Part shown: positions 28,082 to 40,968 of the stretch, one piece after another
Position numbering within the stretch: the stretch's first letter is position 1
How the letters are laid out: every line of letters begins with the position of its first letter
The notes under the pieces: generated by a model
Databases searched by the model: none
Seen by the model: only the letters and a program-made list of their open reading frames with translations
What the model was told of the DNA's origin: nothing
DNA from: Vicinamibacteria bacterium
Lineage (GTDB): Bacteria; Acidobacteriota; Vicinamibacteria; Marinacidobacterales; Marinacidobacteraceae
Assembly: GCA_965199715.1 (NCBI GenBank)
Contig: OZ241322.1
Span: 1,120,001 to 1,184,000 of the forward strand
Direction of reading: 5' to 3'
Length of the DNA: 64,000 bases
Translations under genes and position numbers: made by a program

Positions 28082-28615
28082 TCATCCGGTCTTCTTGCCG
28101 GCCTTCTTGACGAGGCGCTCGCCGGTGTAGCGGACGCCCTTTTGCTTGTAGGGATCGGGTTTGCGCAGCGCGCGCATCCGCGCCGCCACCGCTCCCACGA
28201 GCTGCTTGTCGAAGCCGCGCACCACGACGTGGGTGTTCTTCTCGATCTCGACCTCGATTCCGTCCGGCAGCGGCACCCGGATCGGATGGGAGTAGCCGAG
28301 CGCGAACTCGACCTCGCGGCCGACGTTCTTGGCCCGGTAGCCGACCCCGACGATGTCCAGCTCCTTCTTGAAGCCCTCGGACACGCCGGTCACCGCGTTC
28401 GCGAGCAGCGCCCGGGCGAGGCCCCAGAACGCGCGGTTGCGGCCCTCGCCGTCCATCGCGGCGACGACGCTCCCCCCGTCCTGCGAGAAGCGGATCCCCG
28501 GCGGAATCGGGGTCGTGAGCGAGCCCTTCGGCCCCTTCACCGCGACTTCGCGGTCGCCGATGGACACGGTCACGCCGGCCGGCACCGGAATCGGCTTCGC
28601 GCCTATGCGGGACAT
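28082..28615 (-). CDS. rplF: 50S ribosomal protein L6
   Basis: [23 protein letters not shown]. Confidence 0.97.
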   Translation of the reverse strand: MSRIGAKPIPVPAGVTVSIGDREVAVKGPKGSLTTPIPPGIRFSQDGGSVVAAMDGEGRNRAFWGLARALLANAVTGVSEGFKKELDIVGVGYRAKNVGREVEFALGYSHPIRVPLPDGIEVEIEKNTHVVVRGFDKQLVGAVAARMRALRKPDPYKQKGVRYTGERLVKKAGKKTG

Positions 28616-28619
28616 GGAG

Positions 28620-29015
28620 TCACCAGACCTTGAGCAGCACTTCGCCGCCCACGCCGCGCTCGCGCGCCTCGCGCCCGGTCATCACGCCCCGCGACGTGGA
28701 GAGCACGGTGACGCCGAGCCCGCCCTGCGACTTGGGGATGTTCGCCTTGGCGACGTACACCCGGACGCCCGGGCGCGACACCCGCTGGAGGTCGGTGAGC
28801 GCGGCGCGGTTCCCCGGAAGCCGGCGCAGCCGGATGCGGATCGCGTCCTGCGGCTCCTGCGACACGACTTCCCAGCCGGAGATGTAGCCCTCCTGGGCGA
28901 GGATGCGGGCGATCTCCTGCTTGATTCCGGAGGACGGCACCTCCACCACGTCGTGCCGCGCCTGGTTGGCGTTGCGCAGCCGGGTGAGCATGTCGGCGAT
29001 CGGGTCGGACCACAT
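28620..29015 (-). CDS. rpsH: 30S ribosomal protein S8
   Basis: DPIADMLTRLRN, SRPG.RVY, STSRG, GGEVL. Confidence 0.97.
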   Translation of the reverse strand: MWSDPIADMLTRLRNANQARHDVVEVPSSGIKQEIARILAQEGYISGWEVVSQEPQDAIRIRLRRLPGNRAALTDLQRVSRPGVRVYVAKANIPKSQGGLGVTVLSTSRGVMTGREARERGVGGEVLLKVW

Positions 29016-29025
29016 GTGAGACTCC

Positions 29026-29220
29026 CTACCAGCTCGCCTTGATGACGCCGGGGATTTCTCCGGCGAGGGCCAGCTTCCGGAAGCAGAGTCGGCAGAGGCC
29101 GAACTTCCGGTAATACGCCCGGGGGCGGCCGCACTGGCGGCAACGGTTGTGCCGCCTCGAGGAATACCGCTTCCAGGTCCTCGGGTTCTTGGACCTCGCG
29201 ATCAGGGACTTCTTGGCCAA
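29026..29220 (-). CDS. rpsN: 30S ribosomal protein S14 (zinc-binding type Z)
   Basis: RCRQCGRPR...LCRLCFR...IPGVIKASW. Confidence 0.96.
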   Translation of the reverse strand: MAKKSLIARSKNPRTWKRYSSRRHNRCRQCGRPRAYYRKFGLCRLCFRKLALAGEIPGVIKASW

Positions 29221-29230
29221 ACCGTGTTCC

Positions 29231-29779
29231 TCAGGCGTCCGGACGCACGAAGGGCATGCCGAACTTCCGCAGAAGCTCCCTCGCGTCCCCGTCGCGCGTC
29301 GCCGTGGTGCAGAAAGTGATGTTCATCCCGCGGGTCTTCTCGATCTTGGAGTAGTCGATCTCGGGAAACACCGACTGGTCGGTGAGCCCGAGCGTGTAGT
29401 TGCCGCGACCGTCGAAGGAGCGGTCGGGCACGCCGCGGAAGTCATGGACCCGGGGCAACGCGATGTTGACCAGCCGGTCCAGGAACTCGTACATGCGCAC
29501 GCCCCGCAGGGTGACCCGGACCCCGACCGGCACGCCCTCGCGGATCTTGAAGTTCGCGATGGACCTGCGGGCGCGGGTCACGACCGGCTTCTGCCCGGAG
29601 ATGAGCGTCAGGTCGGCGACCGCGGCCTCGATGAACTTGTGCTCGCGCGAGCCTTCCCCGACCCCGATGTTGATGACGATCCGGGTCAGTCGGGGCACGT
29701 CGTGGACGCTCGCGATGGCGAGCGTCTCGCGCAGTTCGCCGGCGATGGTCTCGCGGTAGAGGGTCCGGAGCCGGCTCAC
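29231..29779 (-). CDS. rplE: 50S ribosomal protein L5
   Basis: GQKP, FKIREG, FDGRGNY, FPEI. Confidence 0.97.
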   Translation of the reverse strand: MSRLRTLYRETIAGELRETLAIASVHDVPRLTRIVINIGVGEGSREHKFIEAAVADLTLISGQKPVVTRARRSIANFKIREGVPVGVRVTLRGVRMYEFLDRLVNIALPRVHDFRGVPDRSFDGRGNYTLGLTDQSVFPEIDYSKIEKTRGMNITFCTTATRDGDARELLRKFGMPFVRPDA

Positions 29780-30135
29780 TTGTCGATCACTCCCTCGGAG
29801 CGGACGCTCACGCGCACCTTGCGGCCGTCGGTGAGGCGGCTGCGGCGGATGCGGGTGGGCTGGTTGGACTCCGGATCCACGAGCATCACGTTGCTGACGT
29901 GGATCGCGCCCTCGCGCTCCACCACGCCGCCCTTGATGTTCTGCCGCGGGTTCGGGCGGGTGTGCCGCTTGATCATGTGGATCCCCTCGACGATCACGCG
30001 AAACGTTTCGGGGAACGTCCGGAGAACCTTGCCGCGCTTGCCGACGTCCTTGCCGGCCATGACCTGCACGAGGTCGTCCTTCTTGACGTGAAGGCGCCTC
30101 GGGGCGGCCCGGGAATCGCGGGTCTTCTTCGCCAT
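29776..30135 (-). CDS. rplX: 50S ribosomal protein L24
   Basis: HVKKDDLVQVMAGKDVGKRGKV, IHVSNV; start at ATG 30135. Confidence 0.95.
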   Translation of the reverse strand: MAKKTRDSRAAPRRLHVKKDDLVQVMAGKDVGKRGKVLRTFPETFRVIVEGIHMIKRHTRPNPRQNIKGGVVEREGAIHVSNVMLVDPESNQPTRIRRSRLTDGRKVRVSVRSEGVIDK

Positions 30136-30137
30136 GG

Positions 30138-30506
30138 TCACAAGACCTCCGGCGCGAGCGAAACGATCCGCATGAACTGCCGCTCGCGCAGTTCCCGGGC
30201 GACCGGCCCGAAGACGCGGGTGCCGGTGGGTTCGCGCTGCTCGTTGATGAGCACGACGGCGTTGTCGCCGAAGCGGATGTAGGAACCGTCGGGGCGGCGG
30301 TGCTCCTTGCGGGTGCGGACGATGACCGCGCGCACGACCGCGCCCTTCTTCACCGCGCCGCCGGGCGCGGCCTCGCGGACCGAGGCGGTGATGACGTCGC
30401 CCAAGCGGGCGATCTTCCCCACTCCGCCGCCGAGCGGCAGGATGCAGGTCACCCGGCGGGCGCCCGAGTTGTCGGCCACCTGGAGGACCGACTGCATCTG
30501 GATCAT
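30138..30506 (-). CDS. rplN: 50S ribosomal protein L14
   Basis: MIQ...[26 protein letters not shown]. Confidence 0.97.
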   Translation of the reverse strand: MIQMQSVLQVADNSGARRVTCILPLGGGVGKIARLGDVITASVREAAPGGAVKKGAVVRAVIVRTRKEHRRPDGSYIRFGDNAVVLINEQREPTGTRVFGPVARELRERQFMRIVSLAPEVL

Positions 30507-30748
30507 GAGGCCCGCTCCATGACCCGCAGCAGCCGCCACCGCTTGGTGCGCGACATCGGCCGGCACTCCTCGATCTGCACCCGGTCGCCGACCTGCCCCT
30601 CGTTGCGCTCGTCGTGCACCGAGAAACGGGCCGACTGCTTGTAGCGGCGCTTGTAGAGGGGGTGCTCCACGAGACGATCCACCCGGACGGTGATCGACTT
30701 GTCGGCACGGTCGGAGACTACGGTCCCGATCCGAATCAGCTTAGGCAT
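30503..30748 (-). CDS. rpsQ: 30S ribosomal protein S17
   Basis: [24 protein letters not shown]. Confidence 0.96.
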   Translation of the reverse strand: MPKLIRIGTVVSDRADKSITVRVDRLVEHPLYKRRYKQSARFSVHDERNEGQVGDRVQIEECRPMSRTKRWRLLRVMERAS

Positions 30749-30763
30749 GGCTGGCGTTCATCC

Positions 30764-30985
30764 TCACGAGTCCGATCCGCTCCCGGCGTCACGGATTCCG
30801 AGCTCGCGCTCCCGGGCGATCGTGCGCATCCGCGCCACCGCGCGCCGGAGCGTCCGCACCCGGTGGTTCTGGCCCGACTGGCCGGTCGCCGCCTCGACCC
30901 GGGCGTCGAAGAGCTCGCGGATCGTCTCGTCGCGCTTCCTCAGCAGCTCCTCGTAGGGGAGCTCGCGGATCTCGCTGGCCTTCAC
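30764..30985 (-). CDS. rpmC: 50S ribosomal protein L29
   Basis: MKASEIRE...ATGQ...RRAVARMRT; position. Confidence 0.93.
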   Translation of the reverse strand: MKASEIRELPYEELLRKRDETIRELFDARVEAATGQSGQNHRVRTLRRAVARMRTIARERELGIRDAGSGSDS

Positions 30986-31404
30986 GACGGCTCCTCCTCG
31001 AACCGGCCGAGGAACATGGTCCTGACCGGCAGCTTGTGGCTGGCGAGGCGCATGGCCTCGGCGGCGTGCTCCCGGCTGACTCCCTCAAGCTCGAAGAGCA
31101 CCCGTCCGGGCCGCACCACGGCGACCCAGCCCTCGGGTCCGCCCTTGCCCTTGCCCATCCGCGTCTCCTGCGGCTTCCGGGTGAACGGCTTGTCCGGGAA
31201 GATCCGGATCCAGACGCGCCCGCTGCGCTTCACCGAACGGGTGATCGCGACCCGGGCCGCCTCGATCTGCCGGCTGGTGATCCAGCCCGGCTCCAGCGTC
31301 TTGAGCCCGTAGTCGCCGAACGCGACCGTCTGGCCGGTCCACGACTTGCCCCGCATGCGGCCCCGCTGCTGCTTGCGGTAGCGGGTCTTCTTCGGAGAGA
31401 GCAT
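30982..31404 (-). CDS. rplP: 50S ribosomal protein L16
   Basis: QIEAAR, WIRIFPD, RMGKGKG. Confidence 0.97.
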   Translation of the reverse strand: MLSPKKTRYRKQQRGRMRGKSWTGQTVAFGDYGLKTLEPGWITSRQIEAARVAITRSVKRSGRVWIRIFPDKPFTRKPQETRMGKGKGGPEGWVAVVRPGRVLFELEGVSREHAAEAMRLASHKLPVRTMFLGRFEEEPS

Positions 31405-31416
31405 GATCGTTCAGCC

Positions 31417-32106
31417 TCAGTCGGACGCTCGGGAAGGCGCGGCGCGGCGCGGGGGAGGAGGCGGCGGCATCGACGGCTCGCCGACCTCGCCCGGCCCCCG
31501 ATAGACCCAGCACTTCACGCCGATCTGCCCGTAGGTGGTCCGGGCCTCGGCGAGGCCGTAGTCGATGTTGGCCTTGAGCGTGTGGAGCGGGAGCTGGCCC
31601 TCGAGGTACCACTCGGCGCGGGCGATGTCGGCCCCGTTCAGCCGCCCGGCGCAGCGGATCCGCACGCCCTTCGCGCCGTTGCGCATGGTGTTCTCGACCG
31701 CCTTGCGCATGGCCCGGCGGAACGCGATCCGCTTTTCGAGCTGGAGCGCGATGGATTCGGCGACGAGCTGCGGATCCAGCTCCGGCTTGATGACCTCGAG
31801 CGGCCGGATGTGGACTTCCTTCCCGGTCCGCCGCCGGAGCTCCCTCGTGAGCTTCTCGACCTCGGTGCCCTTGCGCCCGATGATGATGCCGGGCCGGGAG
31901 GTGTGGATGTAGATGTTCAGGTTGTTGCCGGGACGCTCGATCTCCACCCGCGAGATCCCGGCGTGGTAGAGCCGCTGCTTCAACAGGCGCCGCAGGTCCA
32001 GGTCCTCATGCAGCGAGTCCTGGTAATTCCCCGAGGCGTACCAGCGCGAGCGCCACGTCTTGGTGTACCCGAGCCGGAAGCCCAGGGGATGCACTTTCTG
32101 GCCCAT
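31417..32106 (-). CDS. rpsC: 30S ribosomal protein S3
   Basis: [33 protein letters not shown]. Confidence 0.97.
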   Translation of the reverse strand: MGQKVHPLGFRLGYTKTWRSRWYASGNYQDSLHEDLDLRRLLKQRLYHAGISRVEIERPGNNLNIYIHTSRPGIIIGRKGTEVEKLTRELRRRTGKEVHIRPLEVIKPELDPQLVAESIALQLEKRIAFRRAMRKAVENTMRNGAKGVRIRCAGRLNGADIARAEWYLEGQLPLHTLKANIDYGLAEARTTYGQIGVKCWVYRGPGEVGEPSMPPPPPPRRAAPSRASD

Positions 32107-32108
32107 GC

Positions 32109-32474
32109 CTACTGTCCCTCTTCTTCCTCGGCCCGCACGCGGATCGTGTAGTGGGTGGTTCGGCGGCGGATGCGGCGGATGCGGGCCCGGCGGCCGCTGC
32201 GGCCGATGGTCCGGGCCGGCCCCTCGTCGGCGAACGCCTCGGCCACGACGAGCCGGTCCTCGTCCAGCCGGCGCGCCTCGTCGAGGGCCCGGGTCTGGGC
32301 GTTGGCGATCGCCGAACGGAGCACCTGCTCGATCACCGGCGCCGCGGCGCGGTTCGTGTTCTGGAGGATGGCGATGGCCTTCGCGGCGGACCGGCGCCGG
32401 ATCAGGTCCAGCACCAGGCGACCCTTCTGGGCCGATCCCGGGCACGCGCGGGCGCGGGCGACGGCTTCGATCAT
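32109..32474 (-). CDS. rplV: 50S ribosomal protein L22
   Basis: [23 protein letters not shown]...TTH; position between rpsS and rpsC; divergent hairpin. Confidence 0.93.
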   Translation of the reverse strand: MIEAVARARACPGSAQKGRLVLDLIRRRSAAKAIAILQNTNRAAAPVIEQVLRSAIANAQTRALDEARRLDEDRLVVAEAFADEGPARTIGRSGRRARIRRIRRRTTHYTIRVRAEEEEGQ

Positions 32475-32505
32475 CGGACGCCTCCGGAGCGGGGAGCGAG
32501 GGCCA

Positions 32506-32790
32506 TCAGCGCCGCCGCCCCGACTTGTCGGTCTTGACCTTGTGGCCCCGGAAGGTCCGCGTGGGCGAGAACTCGCCCAGCTTGTGGCCCACCATGTTGT
32601 CGGTCACGTACACCGGAATGAACTTCTTGCCGTTGTGGACGGCGAACGTCATTCCGACCATCTCGGGACTGATCGTGGAGCGGCGCGACCAGGTCTTGAT
32701 GACCGACTGGCGGCGCGCGTCCATGGCGGACTCCACCTTCTGGATGAGGCTCTCCTCGATGAAGGGGCCCTTCTTGACCGAACGCGGCAT
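32506..32790 (-). CDS. rpsS: 30S ribosomal protein S19
   Basis: [23 protein letters not shown]. Confidence 0.97.
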   Translation of the reverse strand: MPRSVKKGPFIEESLIQKVESAMDARRQSVIKTWSRRSTISPEMVGMTFAVHNGKKFIPVYVTDNMVGHKLGEFSPTRTFRGHKVKTDKSGRRR

Positions 32791-32799
32791 GAGACCTCC

Positions 32800-33633
<834 letters not shown>

Positions 33634-33635
33634 CG

Positions 33636-33923
33636 TCACACGCCCTTGAAGAGATCGATGGCGTCGCCGTCCCGAAGCGACACGAAGGCCTTCTTCCACG
33701 ACGGGCGCGGCCCGCGGAAACGCCCCCACCGCTTCATCTTGCCCTTGCGGTTGGCGGTGCGCACTCCGGTCACCTTCACGTCGAACAGATGCTCGATCGC
33801 CTGGCGGATCTCCACCTTGTTCGCGCCCGGGCGCACCCGGAAGCAGAACGTGTTGCGGGTCTCCTGAAGCCGGTCCGCCTTCTCGGTGGTGAGCGGCCCG
33901 AGGATGACCTGATCAGTCCGCAT
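33636..33923 (-). CDS. rplW: 50S ribosomal protein L23
   Basis: TEKA, ANKVEI, WKKAFV. Confidence 0.96.
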   Translation of the reverse strand: MRTDQVILGPLTTEKADRLQETRNTFCFRVRPGANKVEIRQAIEHLFDVKVTGVRTANRKGKMKRWGRFRGPRPSWKKAFVSLRDGDAIDLFKGV

Positions 33924-34566
33924 CGGACCCTCCCGACTCGCGGTACTTGCGAGAGACCGCCTCGAGCGCGGAGGCGCGGATCACGACCGCGTCCGCCTTG
34001 AGGACGTCGTAGCAGTGGAGCCGGCGCACCGAAACCACCTCGACGCGCTGGAGGTTTCGCGCCGAGAGCTCGAGCTCCCTCGACGGCGCCTCGTCCACGA
34101 GGAGCACGCGGCCGCCGCCGAGGCCCCAGCTCTCGATCCGCTTCGCGAGCTCGCGGGTCGAGGGCTTCTCGAACGCGAGGTCGGCCACCACCCGGACCGC
34201 GCCGGCGGCGGCGCGCAGCGAGAGCGCGGACCGGCCGGCCCCGCGCTGCATGCGCCCGGGGAGGCGGTACGAGTAGTCGCGCGGCTGCGGCCCGAAGACC
34301 GTTCCGCCACCGCGCCACAGCGGGTTCCGGCGGCTGCCCGTGCGGGCGTTGCCGGTGCCCTTCTGCCGCCAGGGCTTGCGGCCGCCGCCCCGGACCTTCG
34401 CCCGGTTCTTCGTGGCGTGCGTGCCGGTGCGCTGGCCCGCCATGCGCTGGCGGACCGCGTCGTAGTGGAGCGCCGGATTCACCTCCACCCCGAACACGGC
34501 GGGATCGAGCTCGACCGGAGCTCCGCCCGGCTCGACCGGGTTCGCGACCAGCGTCGTCTCGCTCAC
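33913..34566 (-). CDS. rplD: 50S ribosomal protein L4
   Basis: GGGRKPWRQKGTG, WRGGG..FGP; GTGA overlap start. Confidence 0.96.
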   Translation of the reverse strand: MSETTLVANPVEPGGAPVELDPAVFGVEVNPALHYDAVRQRMAGQRTGTHATKNRAKVRGGGRKPWRQKGTGNARTGSRRNPLWRGGGTVFGPQPRDYSYRLPGRMQRGAGRSALSLRAAAGAVRVVADLAFEKPSTRELAKRIESWGLGGGRVLLVDEAPSRELELSARNLQRVEVVSVRRLHCYDVLKADAVVIRASALEAVSRKYRESGGSDAD

Positions 34567-35177
34567 GACTTCCTCACCTCGACGTAGCCGCCCTTCGGGC
34601 CGGGCACCGCGCCGCGCACGAGGAGCAGGTTCTGCTCCGGATCCACCTTCACCACCCGAAGGTTGCGCACGGTCACGCGGGCGTGGCCGAGGTGGCCGGG
34701 AAGCCGGGTTCCCGGAAGCACCCGGGAAGGCGTGGCGCACATCCCGATCGCGCCCGGCGACCGGTGGAACTTGGAGCCGTGCGACCCGGGGCCGCCGCCG
34801 AAGCCGTGGCGGCGCATCACGCCGGCGAAGCCCTTGCCCTTGCTCACGCCGCTCACGCGCACGCGTTCGTCCGGCGCGAACTGGTCCGCGCCGAGCCGGG
34901 TTCCCACTTCGGGATCCTCGCCGTCCGCCGGACGGAACTCGCGCAGCGGAAACGCCGCCACCTTCGCGGCGGAGCGGCGCATCGCGGCGCGTCCGCGCCG
35001 GGTCGTGCGCCCCTGCTGCTCGAGACCGACGAGCACCGACCGGTAGCCTTCGCGCTCGGGGGTCTTGCGCTGCAGCACCACGCAGGGCCCAACCCGCAGC
35101 ACCGTGACCGGGACGACCTTGCCGTCGTCGGCGAAGTGCTGGGTCATCCCCAGCTTCACGCCAAGCAGTCCTTCCAT
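34563..35177 (-). CDS. rplC: 50S ribosomal protein L3
   Basis: KLGMTQ, SKGKGF.G, SHGS, GAVPG. Confidence 0.96.
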   Translation of the reverse strand: MEGLLGVKLGMTQHFADDGKVVPVTVLRVGPCVVLQRKTPEREGYRSVLVGLEQQGRTTRRGRAAMRRSAAKVAAFPLREFRPADGEDPEVGTRLGADQFAPDERVRVSGVSKGKGFAGVMRRHGFGGGPGSHGSKFHRSPGAIGMCATPSRVLPGTRLPGHLGHARVTVRNLRVVKVDPEQNLLLVRGAVPGPKGGYVEVRKS

Positions 35178-35187
35178 GCCGATCCCC

Positions 35188-35526
35188 CTACTCGCCCCCG
35201 GGCCTCGTCTCGTCGGCCACCATCGCCTTGATCTCCACGTGGACCCCGGAAGGGAGATCGAGGCGCGAAAGGGCGTCCACCGTCGTGGGAGTCGAGCCGA
35301 GGATATCGAGGAGACGCTTGTGGGTGCGCATCTCGAACTGCTCGCGCGACTTCTTGTCCACGTGGGGGGAGCGCAACACGGTGTAGCGGTTCTTCACGGT
35401 GGGCAGCGGGATGGGGCCCGCCACGGTGGCGCCGGTACGCCGGGCGGTGTCCACGATCTCGCTGACCGACTGGTCCAGCAGGCGATGGTCGAACGCCTTC
35501 AGCCGGATCCGGATCTTCTCGTTCAT
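35188..35526 (-). CDS. rpsJ: 30S ribosomal protein S10
   Basis: [29 protein letters not shown]. Confidence 0.97.
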   Translation of the reverse strand: MNEKIRIRLKAFDHRLLDQSVSEIVDTARRTGATVAGPIPLPTVKNRYTVLRSPHVDKKSREQFEMRTHKRLLDILGSTPTTVDALSRLDLPSGVHVEIKAMVADETRPGGE

Positions 35527-35583
35527 ACGGCGGGTTCCTTCCGGCGGAGCCGCGTTTCGCGCGCCGTATGCATGGTCATCTCG

Positions 35584-37653
<2,070 letters not shown>

Positions 37654-37742
37654 GGGCTGAGGGACGCACTCGATTCAACTGGGTCCGGGCGGAGGCGCGA
37701 ACGCCGGTCCGGGACCGATCTCTCTCGTGATTCGGTCCTCCC

Positions 37743-38213
37743 CTACCAGCGGTGGTGGGCGAACGCCTTGTTCGCCTCGGCCATCTTGTGGGTGTCCTCG
37801 CGCTTCTTCACCGCGCCGCCGCGGTTGTGGTACGCGTCGAGAAGTTCGCCGGCGAGCTTGTCCGCCATGGTCTTTTCCGGACGCCGGCGGGCGTAGCCCA
37901 CGATCCAGCGGAGGGAGAGCGAGGTGCGCCGCTCGGGACGGACCTCGAAGGGCACCTGCACGTTGGTGCCGCCCTTCCGCCGGCTCTTGACCTCGAGCGT
38001 GGGCTTCACGTTCTCGACGGCTTGGCGGAAGACCGTGAGCGCCTCGCCGTCGGTGCGCTCCTTGATCTTGTCGAACGCGCCGTACACGATGTTTTCGGCC
38101 TGCGCCTTCTTGCCGTCCAGCATCACCTTGTTCACGAACGAGGAGACGAGGACGCTCTGGTAGCGCGGATCGGGCAACGGCTGGCGCTTCTTTACGTCAC
38201 GACGGCGGGACAC
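37743..38213 (-). CDS. rpsG: 30S ribosomal protein S7
   Basis: [19 protein letters not shown]. Confidence 0.97.
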   Translation of the reverse strand: MSRRRDVKKRQPLPDPRYQSVLVSSFVNKVMLDGKKAQAENIVYGAFDKIKERTDGEALTVFRQAVENVKPTLEVKSRRKGGTNVQVPFEVRPERRTSLSLRWIVGYARRRPEKTMADKLAGELLDAYHNRGGAVKKREDTHKMAEANKAFAHHRW

Positions 38214-38224
38214 GGATCAACCCC

Positions 38225-38599
38225 TCACTTGCCGGGCCGTTTCGCGCCGTACTTGGACCGCGCGTTCTTGCGGCCGTCCACTCCGTGGGCGTCCTGATTT
38301 CCCCGGACCACGTGGTAGCGGACTCCGGGGAGATCCTTCACCCGGCCGCCCCGGATGAGCACGATCGAGTGCTCCTGGAGCGAGTGGCCGACCCCCGGAA
38401 TGTAGGTGGTCACCTCGATGCCGGTGGTGAGCCGCACGCGGGCCACCTTTCGCAGCGCCGAGTTGGGCTTCTTGGGGTTCACGGTGAACACCCGGACGCA
38501 CACGCCCCGTCGCTGCGGGCACTTCATCAGCGCCGGCGAGTCGCTGCCGGCGACGAGGCGCTTGCGCCCCTTGCGGACGAGCTGATGGATGGTGGGCAT
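38225..38599 (-). CDS. rpsL: 30S ribosomal protein S12
   Basis: [29 protein letters not shown]. Confidence 0.98.
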   Translation of the reverse strand: MPTIHQLVRKGRKRLVAGSDSPALMKCPQRRGVCVRVFTVNPKKPNSALRKVARVRLTTGIEVTTYIPGVGHSLQEHSIVLIRGGRVKDLPGVRYHVVRGNQDAHGVDGRKNARSKYGAKRPGK

Positions 38600-38754
38600 G
38601 TTGAAGAGAGCGAACCGAAAACGGCGCAGCCGACACCGAACCGGAACCCCCGGGAGGAAGAACCTCGGGAACGGTGGAAATGCGCGGCCCGGATAGGGGC
38701 CGACGCCGCATCGCAGCGGAAGACGAACCAGCAGGGCGCCGGAATGGACGGAGG

Positions 38755-38784
38755 ATTCTAGGCGCGTGGGCCAGCCGGCGTCAA
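38755..38784 (-). promoter_or_regulatory. Sigma70-type promoter of the ribosomal protein cluster
   Basis: Minus strand TTGACG (38784-38779), 18 nt spacer, TAGAAT (38760-38755), about 150 nt upstream of rpsL. Confidence 0.7.
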
Positions 38785-39047
38785 CTGAACGTACGGGCCC
38801 AAGGGATTGGGCGGCCAGGCCGGAACTCCCGAAGCAACCAGTCGCCGGACCCCGGAATCGGTCCCTCTTCCTCCTCGGGCTCCGCTTCGCGGTTCCGCAG
38901 GATCCACGGCGTCAGGGTCAGCGCCAGCGGCGGCGTCAGGAGCAGGAACAGCGCGGAGGCGATGGTTCGGACATTTTCGACGCGAACGTCTCCATGACCC
39001 GCCTCTGCTGGACCCTCATGGTCGCGCCGGACGGCCGCGGACCGCAA
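38781..39047 (-). CDS. Possible small single-TM hypothetical protein (start uncertain)
   Basis: High third-position GC over [24 protein letters not shown] followed by an acidic tail; fills the gap between topoisomerase B and the rpsL promoter. Confidence 0.35.
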   Translation of the reverse strand: MRSAAVRRDHEGPAEAGHGDVRVENVRTIASALFLLLTPPLALTLTPWILRNREAEPEEEEGPIPGSGDWLLREFRPGRPIPWARTFS

Positions 39048-39063
39048 CTGCGCGGGGCGCCCG

Positions 39064-40968
39064 CTACACGTCGAGGGTCGCCCGATCCGCGACGCCGCCC
39101 GCGATCAATTCCTTGCGCACCGACGGGTCCTTGCCCATCAGCGCGTTCACCCACGCTCTCGGGTCCATGTCCGCCGGGATCCGGACCTGGATGAGACGCC
39201 GGGTCGCCGGGTTCAGCGTGGTCTCCCACAGCGCGGCGGGCTGCATCTCGCCGAGTCCCTTGAAGCGGGTGAGGACCGACTTCGCGCTGCCGGGCAGCCC
39301 GGCGAGGATCGCGTCCCTGGCCGCGTCGTCGGACGCCCAGCGCACCTCGCCGCCGACCTCGATCCGGTAGAGCGGCGGCTCGGCGACGAAGACCCGCCCC
39401 GCCCTCAGGACCGGGAGCATGAGCACGACGAAGGCGGTGAGCAGCAGCGTGGTGATGTGATGGCCGTCGGCGTCGGCGTCGGCGAGCAGGATGATCCGCC
39501 GGTAGCGGAGACCGTCCGGATCGCAGGCGGCTCCGGCGCCGCATCCGAGCGCGAGGACGATGTCGGCGATCTCGCGGTTCTTCGCGACGAGCGCGGGGGC
39601 CGCCTGGGCCACGTTCAGCACCTTCCCGCGCAGGGGGAGGATCGCCTGCCGCGCCCGGTCGCGGGCCTGCTTCGCCGAGCCGCCCGCCGAATCGCCCTCG
39701 ACGAGAAAGATCTCGGTGGAGGCGGGGTCGCGCAGCGCCGCGTCGCTGAGCTTGCCGGGAAGGACCGCCCGGCCCCGCTTTTCCGGGCGGCGGGAGATCG
39801 CGGCGGCCGCCGAACGGGCGGCCTCCCGGGCGCGCGACGCCAGCAGCACCCGCCCGACGATCCGCTCCGCCGCCGAGCGCGACTGGTGGAGCCAGCGCTC
39901 CAGCTCCACCTGCACCGCTCCCCGCAGCGGCGCTCGCACCCCGGGGTTGTTCAGGCGGTCCTTGGTCTGGCCCTGGAACTGCGGGTCGGGCAGGAAGACG
40001 CTGAGCGCCGCGACGACGCCCTCGCGCACGTCCTCGGCGGCCACCGAAACGCCTCGGGGCGCGAGCGCGTGGGACTCGATGTACCCGCGCACCGCCCGTT
40101 CGAGCCCCTCGCGCATCCCCGTCTCGTGCGAACCGCCCGACGCGGTCGGGATGCCGTTCACGAAGCTGCGGAAGTCCTCGCGCGGAGCCTCGGTCCAGCC
40201 CAGCGAGAGCTCCATGCGGGCGCCGGGGAGGAGGTCGTCGCGCGTCATCTCGAAGACCGACTCGTGCTGGAGGCTGCGCCCGGCGCCCGCGATCCGCTCC
40301 TCGACGAAGGCGGCGAGGCCGCGCTCCTGCTTCCAATCCTCGACGGACTCCCCGTGCGCGAAGCGGAACGCGACGCCGCGGTGCAGGAAGGCGGCCTCGC
40401 GGAGCCGGGCGGCGATGCGCCCGGGGTCGAAGCGCGGGTTCGGGAAGATCTTCGGGTCGGGGAGGAACTGGATGCGCGTCCCGGTGCCCCGCGCCGGCCC
40501 CTCGTCGCGGAGTCGGCCCTGCGGCGCGCCCCGGACGAACTCCATGACCCACTCGCGGCGGTCGCGCCGCACCGACGCCTTCAACCACGCGCTCAGCGCG
40601 TTCACCGCCGACGCCCCCACGCCGTGGAGGCCCCCCGCGGCGCGGTAGGCTCCGTGGTCGAACTTTCCGCCGGCGTGCAGCGTCGTGAGGATCACTTCGA
40701 GCGCGGACTTCCCCGACCGGTGGCGGTCCACCGGGACCCCTCGGCCGTCGTCCTCGACGCTCACCGAGCCGTCCCCGGCGAGCGCGACCTCGATCCGCGA
40801 GGCGTGGCCGTTCATGGCCTCGTCCACGCCGTTGTCGAGGATTTCCCAGACGAGGTGGTGGAGGCCGTCGGCGTCCACGCCGCCGATGTACATGCCGGGC
40901 CGCTTGCGGACCGGATCCAGCCCCTCGAGGACGGTGATCGCGGAGGCGTCGTATCGATCGGCGGTCAT
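39064..40968 (-). CDS. Type IIA DNA topoisomerase subunit B (ParE/GyrB-like)
   Basis: [52 protein letters not shown]; ATGA overlap start. Confidence 0.95.
   Translation of the reverse strand: MTADRYDASAITVLEGLDPVRKRPGMYIGGVDADGLHHLVWEILDNGVDEAMNGHASRIEVALAGDGSVSVEDDGRGVPVDRHRSGKSALEVILTTLHAGGKFDHGAYRAAGGLHGVGASAVNALSAWLKASVRRDRREWVMEFVRGAPQGRLRDEGPARGTGTRIQFLPDPKIFPNPRFDPGRIAARLREAAFLHRGVAFRFAHGESVEDWKQERGLAAFVEERIAGAGRSLQHESVFEMTRDDLLPGARMELSLGWTEAPREDFRSFVNGIPTASGGSHETGMREGLERAVRGYIESHALAPRGVSVAAEDVREGVVAALSVFLPDPQFQGQTKDRLNNPGVRAPLRGAVQVELERWLHQSRSAAERIVGRVLLASRAREAARSAAAAISRRPEKRGRAVLPGKLSDAALRDPASTEIFLVEGDSAGGSAKQARDRARQAILPLRGKVLNVAQAAPALVAKNREIADIVLALGCGAGAACDPDGLRYRRIILLADADADGHHITTLLLTAFVVLMLPVLRAGRVFVAEPPLYRIEVGGEVRWASDDAARDAILAGLPGSAKSVLTRFKGLGEMQPAALWETTLNPATRRLIQVRIPADMDPRAWVNALMGKDPSVRKELIAGGVADRATLDV

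Noticed and set aside
37711-37740. Hairpin GGACCG...CGGTCC just after rpsG as an intrinsic terminator
   Set aside because: No U-tract, and it lies inside the operon; at most a processing or stabilising stem.
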